NCBI RefSeq assembly: GCF_016432865.1
Contig: NC_067400.1
Location: 2,170,001 to 2,234,000 of the forward strand
Reading direction: 5' to 3'
DNA: 64,000 nt
Origin: Antechinus flavipes
Taxonomy: Eukaryota
Shown: in pieces, positions 1 through 11,255 of the stretch
How positions within the stretch are numbered: the first letter of the stretch is position 1
Layout: each line of letters begins with the position of its first letter
The notes under the pieces: generated by a model
The model's input: only the letters and a program-made list of their open reading frames with translations
Database searches by the model: none
Told to the model about the DNA's origin: nothing
Program-made: the position numbers and the translations under genes

Positions 1-1183
1 CCCCATCCCCACGGGAGAGGGGAGAGCCGGCGAGTGGGCGCACGCTCGGGCCGAATGGGGCCCTGCCGGGCTGGAAGCCCCCCCCCTGCCTCCCAGATCA
101 CAGGCCGGAGGCCCCGCCTGCTGCGGAACGAGGGGGCCGGGCCAGGAGACGGGGGGAAGCCCCCGCCGACCCTTCCCTCCAGCCCCTAGGCGGCTGCTTT
201 GGGGGGGTTTGCTGAGCCCGCGGCAGTCTGGGAAGTCGTGGCCGTGAGCCACGTGAATGGGGGGGCAGAGGGGTGCCCTGGAGGTCTGCCAGCCGGCAGA
301 GGGCGGTGCTGGGGGGGAGCAGTGAGGGGGCGGGCAGGGTTAGGGGGTGATGGGAAGAGGGAGAGAGAAGCTCGGGGTCACCTATTTTGTTCTTGGGGGC
401 TTTTCTCCACAGCTGAAGTCCGTGGTCCCCATAGGGAGCCCCCCACCCTCGCGCCTGGGCTGACGCCCCCTGTCTCCAAGCCTCGGCGCGCTCCGGCCCA
501 GCCCCCAAACTGGAGGAAGATGCAGGTGGGGACCGGCCATCCCGGGCAGGGACCGACCTTGAACTTGGGGGGCACAGCCCCTGCGCCCCGCTCCTCCCGT
601 CCCACCGGCTTTCCCAACTTTCAGCTTCTTGTGTTTTTCTTTTTGCAATTAAAACCTGAGCTTAAAACTACAGATCCCAGGGCAGTTTCTCAGCCGGGGC
701 AGCGTTGCCCAAGCCCGGAGCAGAAGGGCGTCCTCGGGGTCTCTGGGCCCCTCCCCACACGGTCCCGCATTCAAATTCTCCCCAGAGCAGGTGGTTCATT
801 TTGCGCGTTCCCATAGTTTTGCCCGTCACGTATAAGAGCTTACCTAGTGTCCATGTTCCAGTACCTATTTTTTTGTTGTTTTTTTTTTTTTTTTTAGCAA
901 AAACACTTTTAAAATGTCACTGATGAACTGCCCAGTCCCCGTCCCATGAGCCTCTTTCTCCCACCCCTGACACGCAATCTGACAAGCATTTATTTGGCCC
1001 CCACTGTATGCCGAGCACTGTGCTTGCCAACATGTGCGTGCAAGGACCATGAAAGGCAAACTCTCTGGCTTAGGGAGAAACGTGCGGACCGGGAACCCAA
1101 AAAGACGCAGAGGGCGGCGGCCGATGGTCTCCTGGGTCAGTGGCTGGGGCCCAGCCCCCCAGGGGGGCCCGTCCTTGGCTCAC

Positions 1184-1308
1184 CTTTGCTGGGCTCCTTC
1201 AGGTTCTCCTGGATGGTCTCTATGGCCTTGTTCACCTCGGCACTTTTGCACACGTCCAGCTGGATGGTCTTCATACGGTCGCAATTCATGGCGTCCAGCT
1301 CTTGGCTG
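1184..1308 (-). CDS. BDH1: BDH1 exon whose 5' end is hidden in the N gap
   Basis: [41 protein letters not shown] followed by donor AAAG|GTGAGC. If it is 142 nt like the human exon, about 17 nt plus the acceptor are in the gap. Confidence 0.9.
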
Positions 1309-4300
1309 NNNNNNNNNNNNNNNNNNNNNNNNNNNNNNNNNNNNNNNNNNNNNNNNNNNNNNNNNNNNNNNNNNNNNNNNNNNNNNNNNNNNNNNNNNNN
1401 NNNNNNNNNNNNNNNNNNNNNNNNNNNNNNNNNNNNNNNNNNNNNNNNNNNTAAGACCAACCTCAGGCCGGGAAAGGCCGGGCTGAGAAGGCAGCAGCCG
1501 AGCTCTGAGGCTCCCAGAAAAGCCTGGGGCTCACAGGGGGAAGGGGGCCCTCAGAGGCAGAAGCCCCAGATCCATTCCCATTGTCCCCACACTTGGGGGC
1601 TGGGAGAGAGCCGGGGTCCGGCCGAATCTCCACGTCCCCGCGCGTGGCCATCCAGCCTCCTTTGGGAGTCCGCCAGTGAGGGGCCCCAAAGACCAGTTCC
1701 CAAGAATGTCTCCATTTATTTGTAAAATGGGGGGTAGCCTGAGTGGGCTCGGTGCTCTCCCAGCTCAAAACAAGCTGGACCCTCAGCTCCTCCCTTTTGG
1801 GAAAACAGTCGCTCCCCTGGAAAGGACCCCCGAGAGAGGTTGGAGGGGACAGGGAGCCTCCGGGCATTGGGCTGGGCATCCCTCGCATGCAGGATCTGGA
1901 CAGCGACAAGAGGCTCCTTCTCACACAAAGACCTGGGCTAGCCTGGAGACACCAGGGGCCCAGAGAAGGGCCAAAGTCGCCCGGAGAAGGGCCAGTCACC
2001 CGGAGAAGGGCCAAAGTCGCCCGGAGAAGGGCCAAAGTCACCCGGAGAAGGGCCAAAGTCGCCCGGAGAAGGCCCAAAGTCACCCGGAGAAAGGCCAAAG
2101 TCGCCCAGAGAAGGCCCAAAGTCACCCAGGGAAGGCCCAAAGTCGCCCGGAGAAGGGCCAAAGTCACCCGGAGAAGGGCCAAAGTCACCCGGAGAAGGCC
2201 AAAGTCGCCCGGAGAAGGCCCAAAGTCACCCAGGAAGGGCCAAAGTCGCCCGAGAAGGCCCAAAGTCACCCAGGGAAGGCCCAAAGTCGCCCGGAGAAGG
2301 CCCAAAGTCGCCCGGAGAAGGCCCAAAGTCGCCTGGAGAAGGGCCAAAGTCGCCCAGAGAAGGGCCAAAGTCACCCGGAGAAGGGCCAAAATCACCCAGG
2401 GAAGGGCCAAAGTCGACCGGAGAAGGCCCAAAGTCGCCTGGAGAAGGCCCAAAGTCGCCCGGAGAAGGCCCAAAGTCACCCAGGGAAGGCCCAAAGTCGC
2501 CCGGAGAAGGCCCAAAGTCACCCAGGGAAGGCCCAAAGTCGCCCGGAGAAGGGCCAAAGTCACCCAGGGAAGGCCCAAAGTCGCCCGGAGAAGGCCCAAA
2601 GTCACCCAGGGAAGGCCCAAAGTCGCCCGGAGAAGGGCCAAAGTCACTCAGGGAAGGGCCAAAGTCGCCCGGAGAAGGCCCAAAGTCACCCGGAGAAGGC
2701 CCAAAGTCGCCCAGAGAAGGCCCAAAGTCGCCCAGAGAAGGCCCAAAGTCACCCGGAGAAGGCCCAAAGTCGCCCGGAGAAGGCCCAAAGTCGCCCGGAG
2801 AAGGGCCAAAATCACCCAGGGAAGGGCCAAAGTCGCCCGGAGAAGGCCCAAAGTCGCCCGGAGAAGGGCCAAAGTCGCCCGGAGAAGGCCCAAAGTCACC
2901 CGGAGAAGGCCCAAAGTCACCCGGAGAAGGCCCAAAGTCGCCCGGAGAAGGGCCAAAGTCGCCCGGAGAAGGCCCAAAGTCGCCCGGAGAAGGGCCAAAA
3001 TCACCCAGGGAAGGGCCAAAGTCGCCCGGAGAAGGCCCAAAGTCGCCCGGAGAAGGGCCAAAGTCGCCCGGATTTCCTTAGGAAGCAGAGGGTCCAAGGC
3101 ACAAGGTAGCCCTCGCCTGGTGCCCAGAAAGATTCTTGGAAATGTCGGGGGGCAGATTGTGACGCCTCAGGCTCCCCTAAGAGCCAGCCGGCTTCCCCGA
3201 GGAGTCAGACCAGACTCCCTTGAGACAGGAGGAAACAAAGGGGCCTCGGAGGCCAGCCCAGCGCCTCCCAAAGGCTCCACGACTGGAAAATGGGGGGGCC
3301 CAGGCCGAGTCCCGGAAGCCCAGGGAGCGCTTTCCTTCACAGAGGAAGCTCCCTTGGTGCCCGAGCCCTGCCGGGGGGTATGGGGAGGGGGCAAGGGGAA
3401 GCCCGGGCTTCACCCGCCCCACTCTGGGACAGAACCAAACTTGGATCCTGGCCCCAGACGAGGCCTTTCCCTCAGTCTCCCCCTCTGTCTCTCGGGGGGC
3501 ACAGGGGTCTCAGGGGGCACAGGGGTCTCTCAGGGGGCACAGGGGTCTCAGGGGTCTCAGGGGGCACAGGGATCTCAGGGGGCACAGGGGTCTCTCAGAG
3601 GGCACAGGAGTCTCTCAGGGGGCACAGGGGTCTCAGAGGGCACAGGAGTCTCAGGGGGCACAGGGGTCTCAGGGGGCACAGGGGTCTTAGGGGGCACAGG
3701 GGTCTCAGAGGGCACAGGGGTCTCTCAGAGGGCACAGGAGTCTCAGGGGGCACAGGGGTCTCAGGGGGCACAGGGGTCTCAGGGGGCACAGGGATCTCAG
3801 AGGGCACAGGGGTCTCTCGGGGGGCACAAGGGTCTCAGAGGGCACAGGGGTCTCAGGGGTCTCTTAGGGGGCACAGGGGTCTCAGGGGGCACAGGGGTTT
3901 CTCGGGGGGCACAGGAGTCTCTCAGGGGGCACAGGAGTCTCTCAGGGGGCACAGGGGTCTCAGGGGGCACAGGATCTCTCAGGGGGCACAGGGGTCTCTC
4001 AGAGGGCACAGGAGTCTCTCAGGGAGCACAGGGGTCTCAGGGGGCACAGGGATCTCAGAGGGCACAGGGGTCTCTCGGGGGGCACAAGGGTCTCAGAGGG
4101 CACAGGGGTCTCAGGGGGCACAGGGGTCTCTTAGGGGGCACAGGGGTCTCAGGGGGCACAGGGGTCTCAGGGGGCACAGGGGTTTCTCGGGGCCTCCCCT
4201 ACCTTGAGGAGGCAGCCGGCAAACACGGTGAAGCCCATCGCGTGCAGGTGTTTGGCGATGGAGAGGCCGAAGCCCGAGTCGCAGCCGGTGACCAACACGG

Positions 4301-5372
4301 CCTTGTTGAGGGCCTGGGAGGGAGGCCCGGGGAGCCCGTTATGAACCTGCCCCGCAATCCTGGAGGCCCAAAGGGCGGGGAGGGGGAGACATAGCCAGCC
4401 CAGGGGCAGCGCTCTGCAGTAAATGAGAAGGGCCGGCAGCCGGGGGGGCCTCGGCTCTCCGTGAGAAGGGGGGCTGGAGCTGTCTGCACCCAGAGGGGCT
4501 GGAGGCTGGGGGGGAGATGGAGGCTGGGGGGTATCAGAGGCTGGGGGGGAGACGGAGGCTGGGGGGGAGACAGAGGCTGGGGGGGAGACGGAGGCTGGGG
4601 GGGAGATGGAGGCTGGGGGGTGTAAGTTGGGGGGGAGGCTGGGGGGTATCAGAGGCTGGGGGTGCAAGTTGTGGGGGAGGCTGGGGGGGCCCAGCTCCCC
4701 CACCAATCCCCTGGGGGTCCTTGGCCAATGTAGAGAGAGCCTAAGAGAGGCTATTCACCCACTGAGGGAGCCCCGCAAAGGGCCAGGGGAGGAGCCAGGG
4801 ACAAGCACCAAGCCTGAGTTCTGCTCCAGGGGTGCCCGGCCTCCCCCCGAGACCGAGGGCCTGGCCCCGGGGGCACCGCTCCCCAGGGCTCTGCTCACCC
4901 TTTTTTCTTGGGGCTCCTGGGTTTTCTCGTCCCCCACGGAGTGTAGACCGGACAGCACCTGGCCAGCCCTGGGGGGAAGGGGGAGGGGCGGGCTCAGCTG
5001 GAGCCCCATGGGACGCCGGCGCCCTGGCAGCCCAACCCCCGCTGGTGACCCCGAGGGCCTGACCTCCCAGGCCGGGGTCCAGGCTTCTAATCCTGCCTTC
5101 GCTGCCGGGGGCGTCCGGCCCTCTCTGGGACCCTCGTGTATCCTCCCTCCGGGGAGAGCGGCCAAACCTGCCGGGCTTCTGTAACTATCAGGAGAGGCTG
5201 GGGTCCGCAGGAGGGGGGTGGGGGGACCCCGGGGCCCCCAGCTCCCCCCTTCTGGTAAGCCCCCCAGAGACCCGGCTCCCGGCTCTCACCTCGTGACGTC
5301 CGGAACGTTTGGGAAACGGAGGCGTCCCCGGGCCAGGGCCGCCAGAGCCCTGGAGAACCCGGGAGCCAGCAT
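1184..5372 (-). CDS. BDH1: D-beta-hydroxybutyrate dehydrogenase, mitochondrial; 5' part only, join(5372-5290,4968-4899,4313-4203,>1308-1184). Remaining exons lie left of the window
   Basis: Spliced translation [28 protein letters not shown]...[37 protein letters not shown]...[39 protein letters not shown](G). It contains the SDR TGxxxGxG motif and matches BDH1 as I recall it; the 83-nt and 111-nt exons equal the human exon lengths. Confidence 0.95.
1309..1451. other. Assembly gap (143 N)
   Basis: Run of n characters. Confidence 1.
1960..3071. repeat. 21-bp minisatellite (GGAGAAGGCCCAAAGTCGCCC), ~53 copies, in a BDH1 intron
   Basis: Direct tandem periodicity, seen as 7-aa periodicity in the ORF track. 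Confidence 0.97.
3488..4192. repeat. 18/20-bp minisatellite (GGGGTCTCAGGGGGCACA), ending ~10 bp from a BDH1 splice donor
   Basis: Direct tandem periodicity. Confidence 0.97.
4203..4313 (-). CDS. BDH1: BDH1 exon encoding the Rossmann-fold TGCDSGFG motif (111 nt)
   Basis: CTCCCAG|GCC...CTCAAG|GTAGGG; translation [37 protein letters not shown]. Confidence 0.95.
4498..4690. repeat. G-rich ~18-bp tandem repeat (GGAGGCTGGGGGGGAGAT-like)
   Basis: Direct tandem periodicity with G7 runs. Confidence 0.9.
4899..4968 (-). CDS. BDH1: BDH1 probable second coding exon (70 nt, (R)[23 protein letters not shown])
   Basis: Strong acceptor CCCCTCCCCCTTCCCCCCAG and donor AGG|GTGAGC; phase 2 in and phase 0 out as required; length close to the 73-nt human exon. 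Protein similarity is poor, so the call rests on splice signals. Confidence 0.55.
5290..5372 (-). CDS. BDH1: BDH1 first coding exon (83 nt CDS; exon starts at 5413 with a 41-nt 5'UTR)
   Basis: GGAGCC-ATG Kozak context, 28 codons as in the human first coding exon, phase-2 donor AG|GTGAGA, upstream acceptor CTTTCTCTGTTTCCGAGCAG|G. Confidence 0.85.
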
Positions 5373-5860
5373 GGCTCCGCCTCGGGACAAGCTGAACCGC
5401 GAGTTCCTTCCACCTGCTCGGAAACAGAGAAAGGAGGCGTTGGCGGCCGCACGATCGATCCCGGGGTCCCCGGGGCCTTGGGTCCTCAATGAGCCTCAGC
5501 CCCGAGCCCTCCTTGGAAACAAGGCCTGAGGATTAAGCAAAGGCGCCAGTCTCCAAACAAGCATTTATTAAGCGCTTCCTGTGTGCCTGGCGCGGAACTA
5601 AGCACTGCAGGGACAAAGGAGAGAGACAGCAGCCCCCGGTGTCCCAAGTGTCGGGGGCTGGGGGCAGGACAGGTGATCTCCCGGGGGGGGGAGAATTCTC
5701 GGGCCCCCCATTCTGGCCGGGGCCCCACTTCTCCTGGGAGGGAGGCCCCGACCCCCTTTTCCAGACTTCCTTCCCGGGATCCTGTCTCGGACTTGGGGGG
5801 ACCCCTTCAGAATCGAGGAGAGGAGCCAGCGGGCAGCCCTGCCTGGCAGCACGGACCTGG

Positions 5861-6688
5861 CCCACAGGCCCCCGCACGCCCACAGGCCCCCCAGTGCCCA
5901 CAGGCCCCCGCACGCCCACAGGCCCCCCCACACTCACAGGCCCCCACATATCCCAGGCCCCCCACGTGCCCACAGGCCCCCATGTGCCCACAGGCCCCCC
6001 CCACACCACAGGCCCCCACATGTCCCAGGCCCCCACGTGCCCACAGGCCCCCACATGTCCCAGGCCCCCACGTGCCCACAGGCCCCCACATATCCCAGGC
6101 CCCCCACGTGCCCACAGGCCCCCACATATCCCAGGCCCCCCACGTACCCACAGGCCCCCGCACGCCCACAGGCCCCCCACGTACCCACAGGATCCCACAT
6201 ATCCCAGGCCCCCACGTGCCCACAGGCCCCCATGTGCCCACAGGCCCCCCCCCCCACACCCACAGGCCCCCACATGTCCCAGGCCCCCCATGTGCCCACA
6301 GGCCCCCACATGTCCCAGGCCCCCCACGTGTCCACAGGCCCCCACATGTCCCAGGCCCCCACGTGCCCACAGGCCCCCACATATCCCAGGCCCCCACGTG
6401 CCCACAGGCCCCCACATATCCCAGGCCCCCCACGTACCACAGGCCCCCACATGTCCCAGGCCCCCACGTGCCCACAGGCCACCCCATACCCACAGGCCCC
6501 CGTGTGCCCACAGGCCCCCACATGCCACAGACCCCCCACATGTCCCAGGCCCCCACGTGCCCACTGGCCCCCCCATACCCACAGGCCCCCGTGTGCCCAC
6601 AGGCCCCCACACCCACAGGGCCCCACGTACCCACAGGCCCCCACAGGCCCCCCCATACCCACAGGCCCCCGCATGCCGACAGGCCCCC
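5861..6688. repeat. C-rich 18-19-bp minisatellite (CACAGGCCCCCACGTGCC and variants)
   Basis: Direct tandem periodicity. Confidence 0.97.
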
Positions 6689-7094
6689 TCCATGAGGACA
6701 GACCAAGAGAAACTCTCCTGGCTCCCTCTGGAAGGCTGTTGGGGTGTGGTCCTGGCCGTTTCCCGGGTCCCCCCCCCCCCCGCTTCTGTTGGGTTGCTTC
6801 ACTTTTCCCAGGGCCCAGCCCTTAGCACAGAGCCTGGCCCAAACGCAAGGCCCTCGAGAAACCCCTCTTGATGTGACCTGTGGCCATGGCCGACGCAGCT
6901 TTCTGGTTCTCCATCAGTGCATGTGGCTCTTCCCCCACTTCTCCATCTGTCCCTATTGTCATTTCTTGGGGCATGGTAAGCATCGCACCATATTCACCCG
7001 CCACAGTTTGGTCTGCCGCCCCCCACTTGGTTGATGGCCATCTGCTTCTCAGTTTGAAGTTACTGTCAAAAGGTAGGGCTGCCCTGAGAATTTG

Positions 7095-8172
7095 GGGGGT
7101 TCTTTTTTAGCAGACATACTTCTATTTGGGGGTACAGGGTTCTTTTTAGCATACCTCTATTTGGGAGTTATGGGGTTCTTTTTAGCAGACATACTTCTAT
7201 TTGGGGGTACAGGGTTCTTTTTAGCAGACATACTTCTGTTTGGGGGTACAGGGTTCTTTTTAGCAGACATACTTCTATTTGGGGGTACAGGATTCTTTTT
7301 TAGCAGACATACTTCTATTTGGGGGTACAGGATTCTTTTTTAGCAGACATACTTCTATTTGGGGGTACAGGGTTCTTTTTAGCAGACATACTTCTATTTG
7401 GGGGTACAGGGTTCTTTTTAGCAGACATACTTCTATTTGGGGGTACAGGATTCTTTTTAGCAGACATACTTCTATTTGGGGGTACAGGATTCTTTTTAGC
7501 AGATATACTTCTATTTGGGGGTACAGGGTTCTTTTTAGCATACCTCTATTTGGAGTTATGGGGTTCTTTTTAGCAGACATACTTCTATTTGGGAGTTATG
7601 GGGTTCTTTTTAGCAGACATACTTCTGTTTGGGGGTACAGGGTTCTTTTTAGCAGATATACTTCTATTTGGGGGTACAGGGTTCTTTTTAGCATACTTCT
7701 ATTTGGGGGTACAGGATTCTTTTTTAGCAGACATACTTCTATTTGGGGGTACAGGATTCTTTTTTGGTACAGGGTTCTTTTTAGCAGATATACTTCTATT
7801 TGGGGGTACAGGGTTCTTTTTAGCAGATATACTTCTATTTGGGGGTACAGGGTTCTTTTTAGCATACCTCTATTTGGGAGTTATGGGGTTCTTTTTAGCA
7901 GACATACTTCTATTTGGGAGTTATGGGGTTCTTTTTAGCAGACATACTTCTGTTTGGGGGTACAGGGTTCTTTTTAGCAGATATACTTCTATTTGGGGGT
8001 ACAGGGTTCTTTTTAGCAGACATACTTCTGTTTGGGGGTACAGGGTTCTTTTAGCAGATATACTTCTATTTGGGGGTACAGGGTTCTTTTAGCATACCTC
8101 TATTTGGGATTATGGGGTTCTTTTTAGCAGACATATTTCTATTTGGGAGTTATGGGGTTCTTTTTAGCAGAC
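7095..8172. repeat. ~40-bp minisatellite (TTTTTTAGCAGACATACTTCTATTTGGGGGTACAGGGTTC), ~27 copies, two unit variants
   Basis: Direct tandem periodicity. Confidence 0.97.
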
Positions 8173-9149
8173 ATGCCTTGACTGTGGAGTCTGTGGAGAA
8201 TGGGTACAGGTGTTTTAATGAAGAACAATTGCTGGTTGCTTTCCAGAAGGGTTGGGCCATGTCAGGATGTTTTGTCCAAGGACAATCTGTGCTCAGGAGC
8301 CTCGATTTCACATCACCTCCTATGCCCAGGACTTGGCAAGCAAGAAGAGCCATGGGCCAGGGCCATCTGCTGGCTTCCCCTTTCATGCCCCCACTCCCGG
8401 CCCCGGCAGTCTCCCTATTGTTCTTGGGCCCCCCAGGCACACTTGGGAGCTGTAGGAGTGAGGGCGGGAGAGGGGCCGGTCTGAAGGCCCTGGAAGTCTT
8501 AGCGTTCTTACCCGGTGCAGAAAGCTCCAACCAGTCCCGGACCTTTCTCCTGTCCTTCCGGCAGGAGCGAGGCCCCTGGCATAGTGGGCGTCCGGCTACG
8601 GGCACACAGTGCGGTTAATAACTGAGCTGAGCCCCCGGGGAGTAACCCAGAGCCAGCTAAGCCCTCCAGAGGGTTTGTTTCAAATAAATGGAACTAGGGC
8701 GTCATTGTCTGCCAGAGAGGGTGTCCAGGCTCCCACCAGAATGAGGCGACTGGGGCCCATTGCTCCTATGGATCTGAAATCTCCTTGGGTCCTAGGGGAG
8801 GCCGGGACAGGACCAAGAGTCCTCCTTGCTCTGGGCTCTTTGACCAGTCCTTGACCATCTAACACAGAGACAACATTTAACCCCTGGGTGCAGCTAGACG
8901 GGATAAATAAATACAGAAAACGTGAGAAAAGCCCTTTGCTCTGAAAGGGAGCAGGGAGGCTCGGGTAGAAGCTGGAGGAGGGCATGGGACGAATACGGGG
9001 GTGGGGGGGAAGAAAGAGGGGAATAGGAAGACTGGAAAAGTAGGAAGGAACCAAGCTAGGGCGGCGTTAAAGCCAGAGGATTTTATATTTGCAGCTGGGA
9101 GTCTTGGGAAACCGGCGGGATACTGGGAGCAGTGGGGAGGGGGCTTCCG

Positions 9150-10780
9150 TAGGAAGATCACCCCACCCTCAGAAGGCCGGCCCGGGAGGCGCTCCCCAGC
9201 CGTCAGGGCCAAGGAGCAGCTTCGGGGCAGTGACCACTCCACGAGAACAGAAAGGAAGCACAATTCTTCCAGAGGGCCCCGAGTTCCAGGCTCCTCTGCG
9301 GCCCCTCGGGCCTTCCCCTCGAAGGCGGCGGCATGGACAGAGTTCCCAGGGTCCCCCGGCCCGGCCCCTCTCAAGTCGGGGCAGTTAAGGGGAGGGCTCG
9401 TTGGTGTTGGAGGCAGCCCGCCATCTCGGCCAGACTGGGAGCCCCTCCTCCTCCTCTTGCCCCCCAGTAGCCGGCCAGAGAAAGCACCGCCCTCCCCCCG
9501 CCCCCCGCTTCTCCTGGAGCTTCCCGCTTGGGCTGCGGGAGGGGGTGACGGCTCAAGCCCAGCTGACGGCCGGCCCCGCCGTGCTCACCAGTCCCCGGCC
9601 CTTCCGTGGGCAGCGCTGGCCAGCTCCCGGGCGGCCGCCCCTCCCGTGCCGACGGCCCTCGCTAGGTAGCCGGGGACCTGCGGCGCCGCCGGGGCCAGCC
9701 TCCCCACGAGGGAGCGTCCAGGGCTGCCCAACCAGCCCGCAGTCCATTGGTTGGGCGCGAGCCACGCCCGCAGCGCTTGAATAGCGAGCCTAGCAGCCGC
9801 GCCGGGGGCTTGGCTCAACGGGGGATTCGGGTTGGCCGGGAGGCCTGAGGCTCAGCCCCCCGCCCCCCCCCAGACGCGGGCGAGGAAGCTGAGCGCCTCC
9901 TTACCCTCTGCCCCGTCAGCCGAGGAGGGGCTTCGGACAAGGTCCACGCCGGCAACTCCCGCCTGCTCCCCTCCCGGCCGCCCGGGACTCCCGCCCCTCT
10001 GGCTCCTGGACTTTCCCAACGCCTCCCTCACGTGTCCCCAGAAGCCAGAAGGGCGCGGCCGGACGGGGTGGGGAGCTCCTCGGAGGGTCTTTCCTGGCCC
10101 CGTAACGGGCCCCCCGGTATCCAAGAACCCTCGCCTCGCTGTCGCGCCCCAGAGGCCCGGGCCACAGAGGGGCAGCGCACGGGCTGAGCGCCAGACTCCC
10201 CTCCGCGGGCCCAGGAGGGGGAGGGGAAGAAGGGGATGGAGAGGGATGGAAGGCTCTCCGCCGCATCCTCGGGCGGAGCGGAGAGCCTGACGCAGGCGGA
10301 GGAAGGCCGTTGCGTAGGACGAGAGCTCCTCCCTCCTTAACCTCCTCTCGGAACGAAGCAGCTACACCCTCTTTGCAGGGTAGGGAGGGCGGCCGAGGCG
10401 GCCGAGGACGCCCTCCCGCTCTGCAGCATCCCTAGCGGAGGCCGGTCCCCCGCGCCCGCCCGGAGGCTGAGGCAGCCCGGGGAACGAGGCGGCTGCGGGG
10501 GTGCTGGCGGGGGCTGCGGCCGGCCCGGAAGGACTCGGAGAGCGTCCGCCGCTTCCTCCGGCCTCCCGGCTCGCCGGCCCTCGCCGCCTCCCTCCGCCGC
10601 TTCCCCTTCGGCGAGCTCCCGGAGCTTTACCTGCGGGATGCGCGCGGGGGCCCCGGGGCCCGAATCCGAGAGTTCCCCGAATGGATGAATGGGGAGCGCG
10701 ACGATCCTAAGAAGGGGGTGGGATTGTGGCCTTTCTTCTCACCTAGGAAGTGAGCTCATTCCTCCGCTCCGTTCCCCCCA
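9150..10780 (-). promoter_or_regulatory. CpG island, probable BDH1 promoter with non-coding first exon(s)
   Basis: Dense CpG. On the minus strand a GC box (GGGCGTGGC, 9769-9761) precedes CCAAT (9750-9746). Minus-strand donors at 9588 (CTG|GTGAGC), 10630 (CAG|GTAAAG) and 10742 (TAG|GTGAGA). Confidence 0.7.
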
Positions 10781-10938
10781 TCCCTGGTTCACTGGCTGCA
10801 GCCAGGTGCGCCCCTCTGGGTCCCCCCTGCCCCGGGGCTCCCGAGGAGAGGCAGGGGAAGGGGAGGGGTGAGTGAGGGTAGCCTCAGGAGACCTGAGAAA
10901 GGCAGAATAGGAGGCTCGGAGCTGGCCAGAGAGGTCCA

Positions 10939-11255
10939 GCTCCTGATGGGAGGGGGCCTGGGGAGCCCCACCCCTCCGGGATCTCTCCCGCTTTGCTCCT
11001 GATGGAGCCCCACCCCTCGGGGGGATCTCTCCCGCTTTGCATGGGAGGGGACTGGGGAGCCCCACCCCTCCGGGATCTCTCCCGCTTTGCTCCTGATGGG
11101 AGGGGGACTGGGGTTCCCCTCCCCTCCGGGATCTCTCTCGCTTTGCTCCTGATGGGAGGGGACTGGGGCTCCCCTCCCCTCCGGGATCTCTCCCGCTTTG
11201 CTCCTGATGGGAGGGGATTGGGGAGCCCCACCCCTTGGGGAATCTCTCCCGCTTT
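10939..11255. repeat. ~56-bp tandem repeat, ~5.5 copies
   Basis: Recurrent GCTCCTGATGGGAGGGG...GGATCTCTCCCGCTTT. Confidence 0.9.

Noticed and set aside
4314-4346. 33-nt GT-AG intron in BDH1
   Set aside because: Below the practical minimum for mammalian spliceosomal introns; treated instead as part of an alternative extended exon.
1463-4394. Long ORFs (394, 477 and 883 aa) with protamine-like RRPKVAR or glycine-rich repeats
   Set aside because: They coincide with the 21-bp and 18-bp minisatellites, which are stop-free in several frames on both strands and lie inside BDH1 introns.
5533-6871. Six overlapping 246-410 aa Pro/Gly-rich ORFs
   Set aside because: All are readings of one C-rich tandem array.
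7092-8172. CRISPR-like array of ~40-bp repeats
   Set aside because: Units are contiguous with no unique spacers, there are no cas genes and the context is vertebrate; it is a minisatellite.
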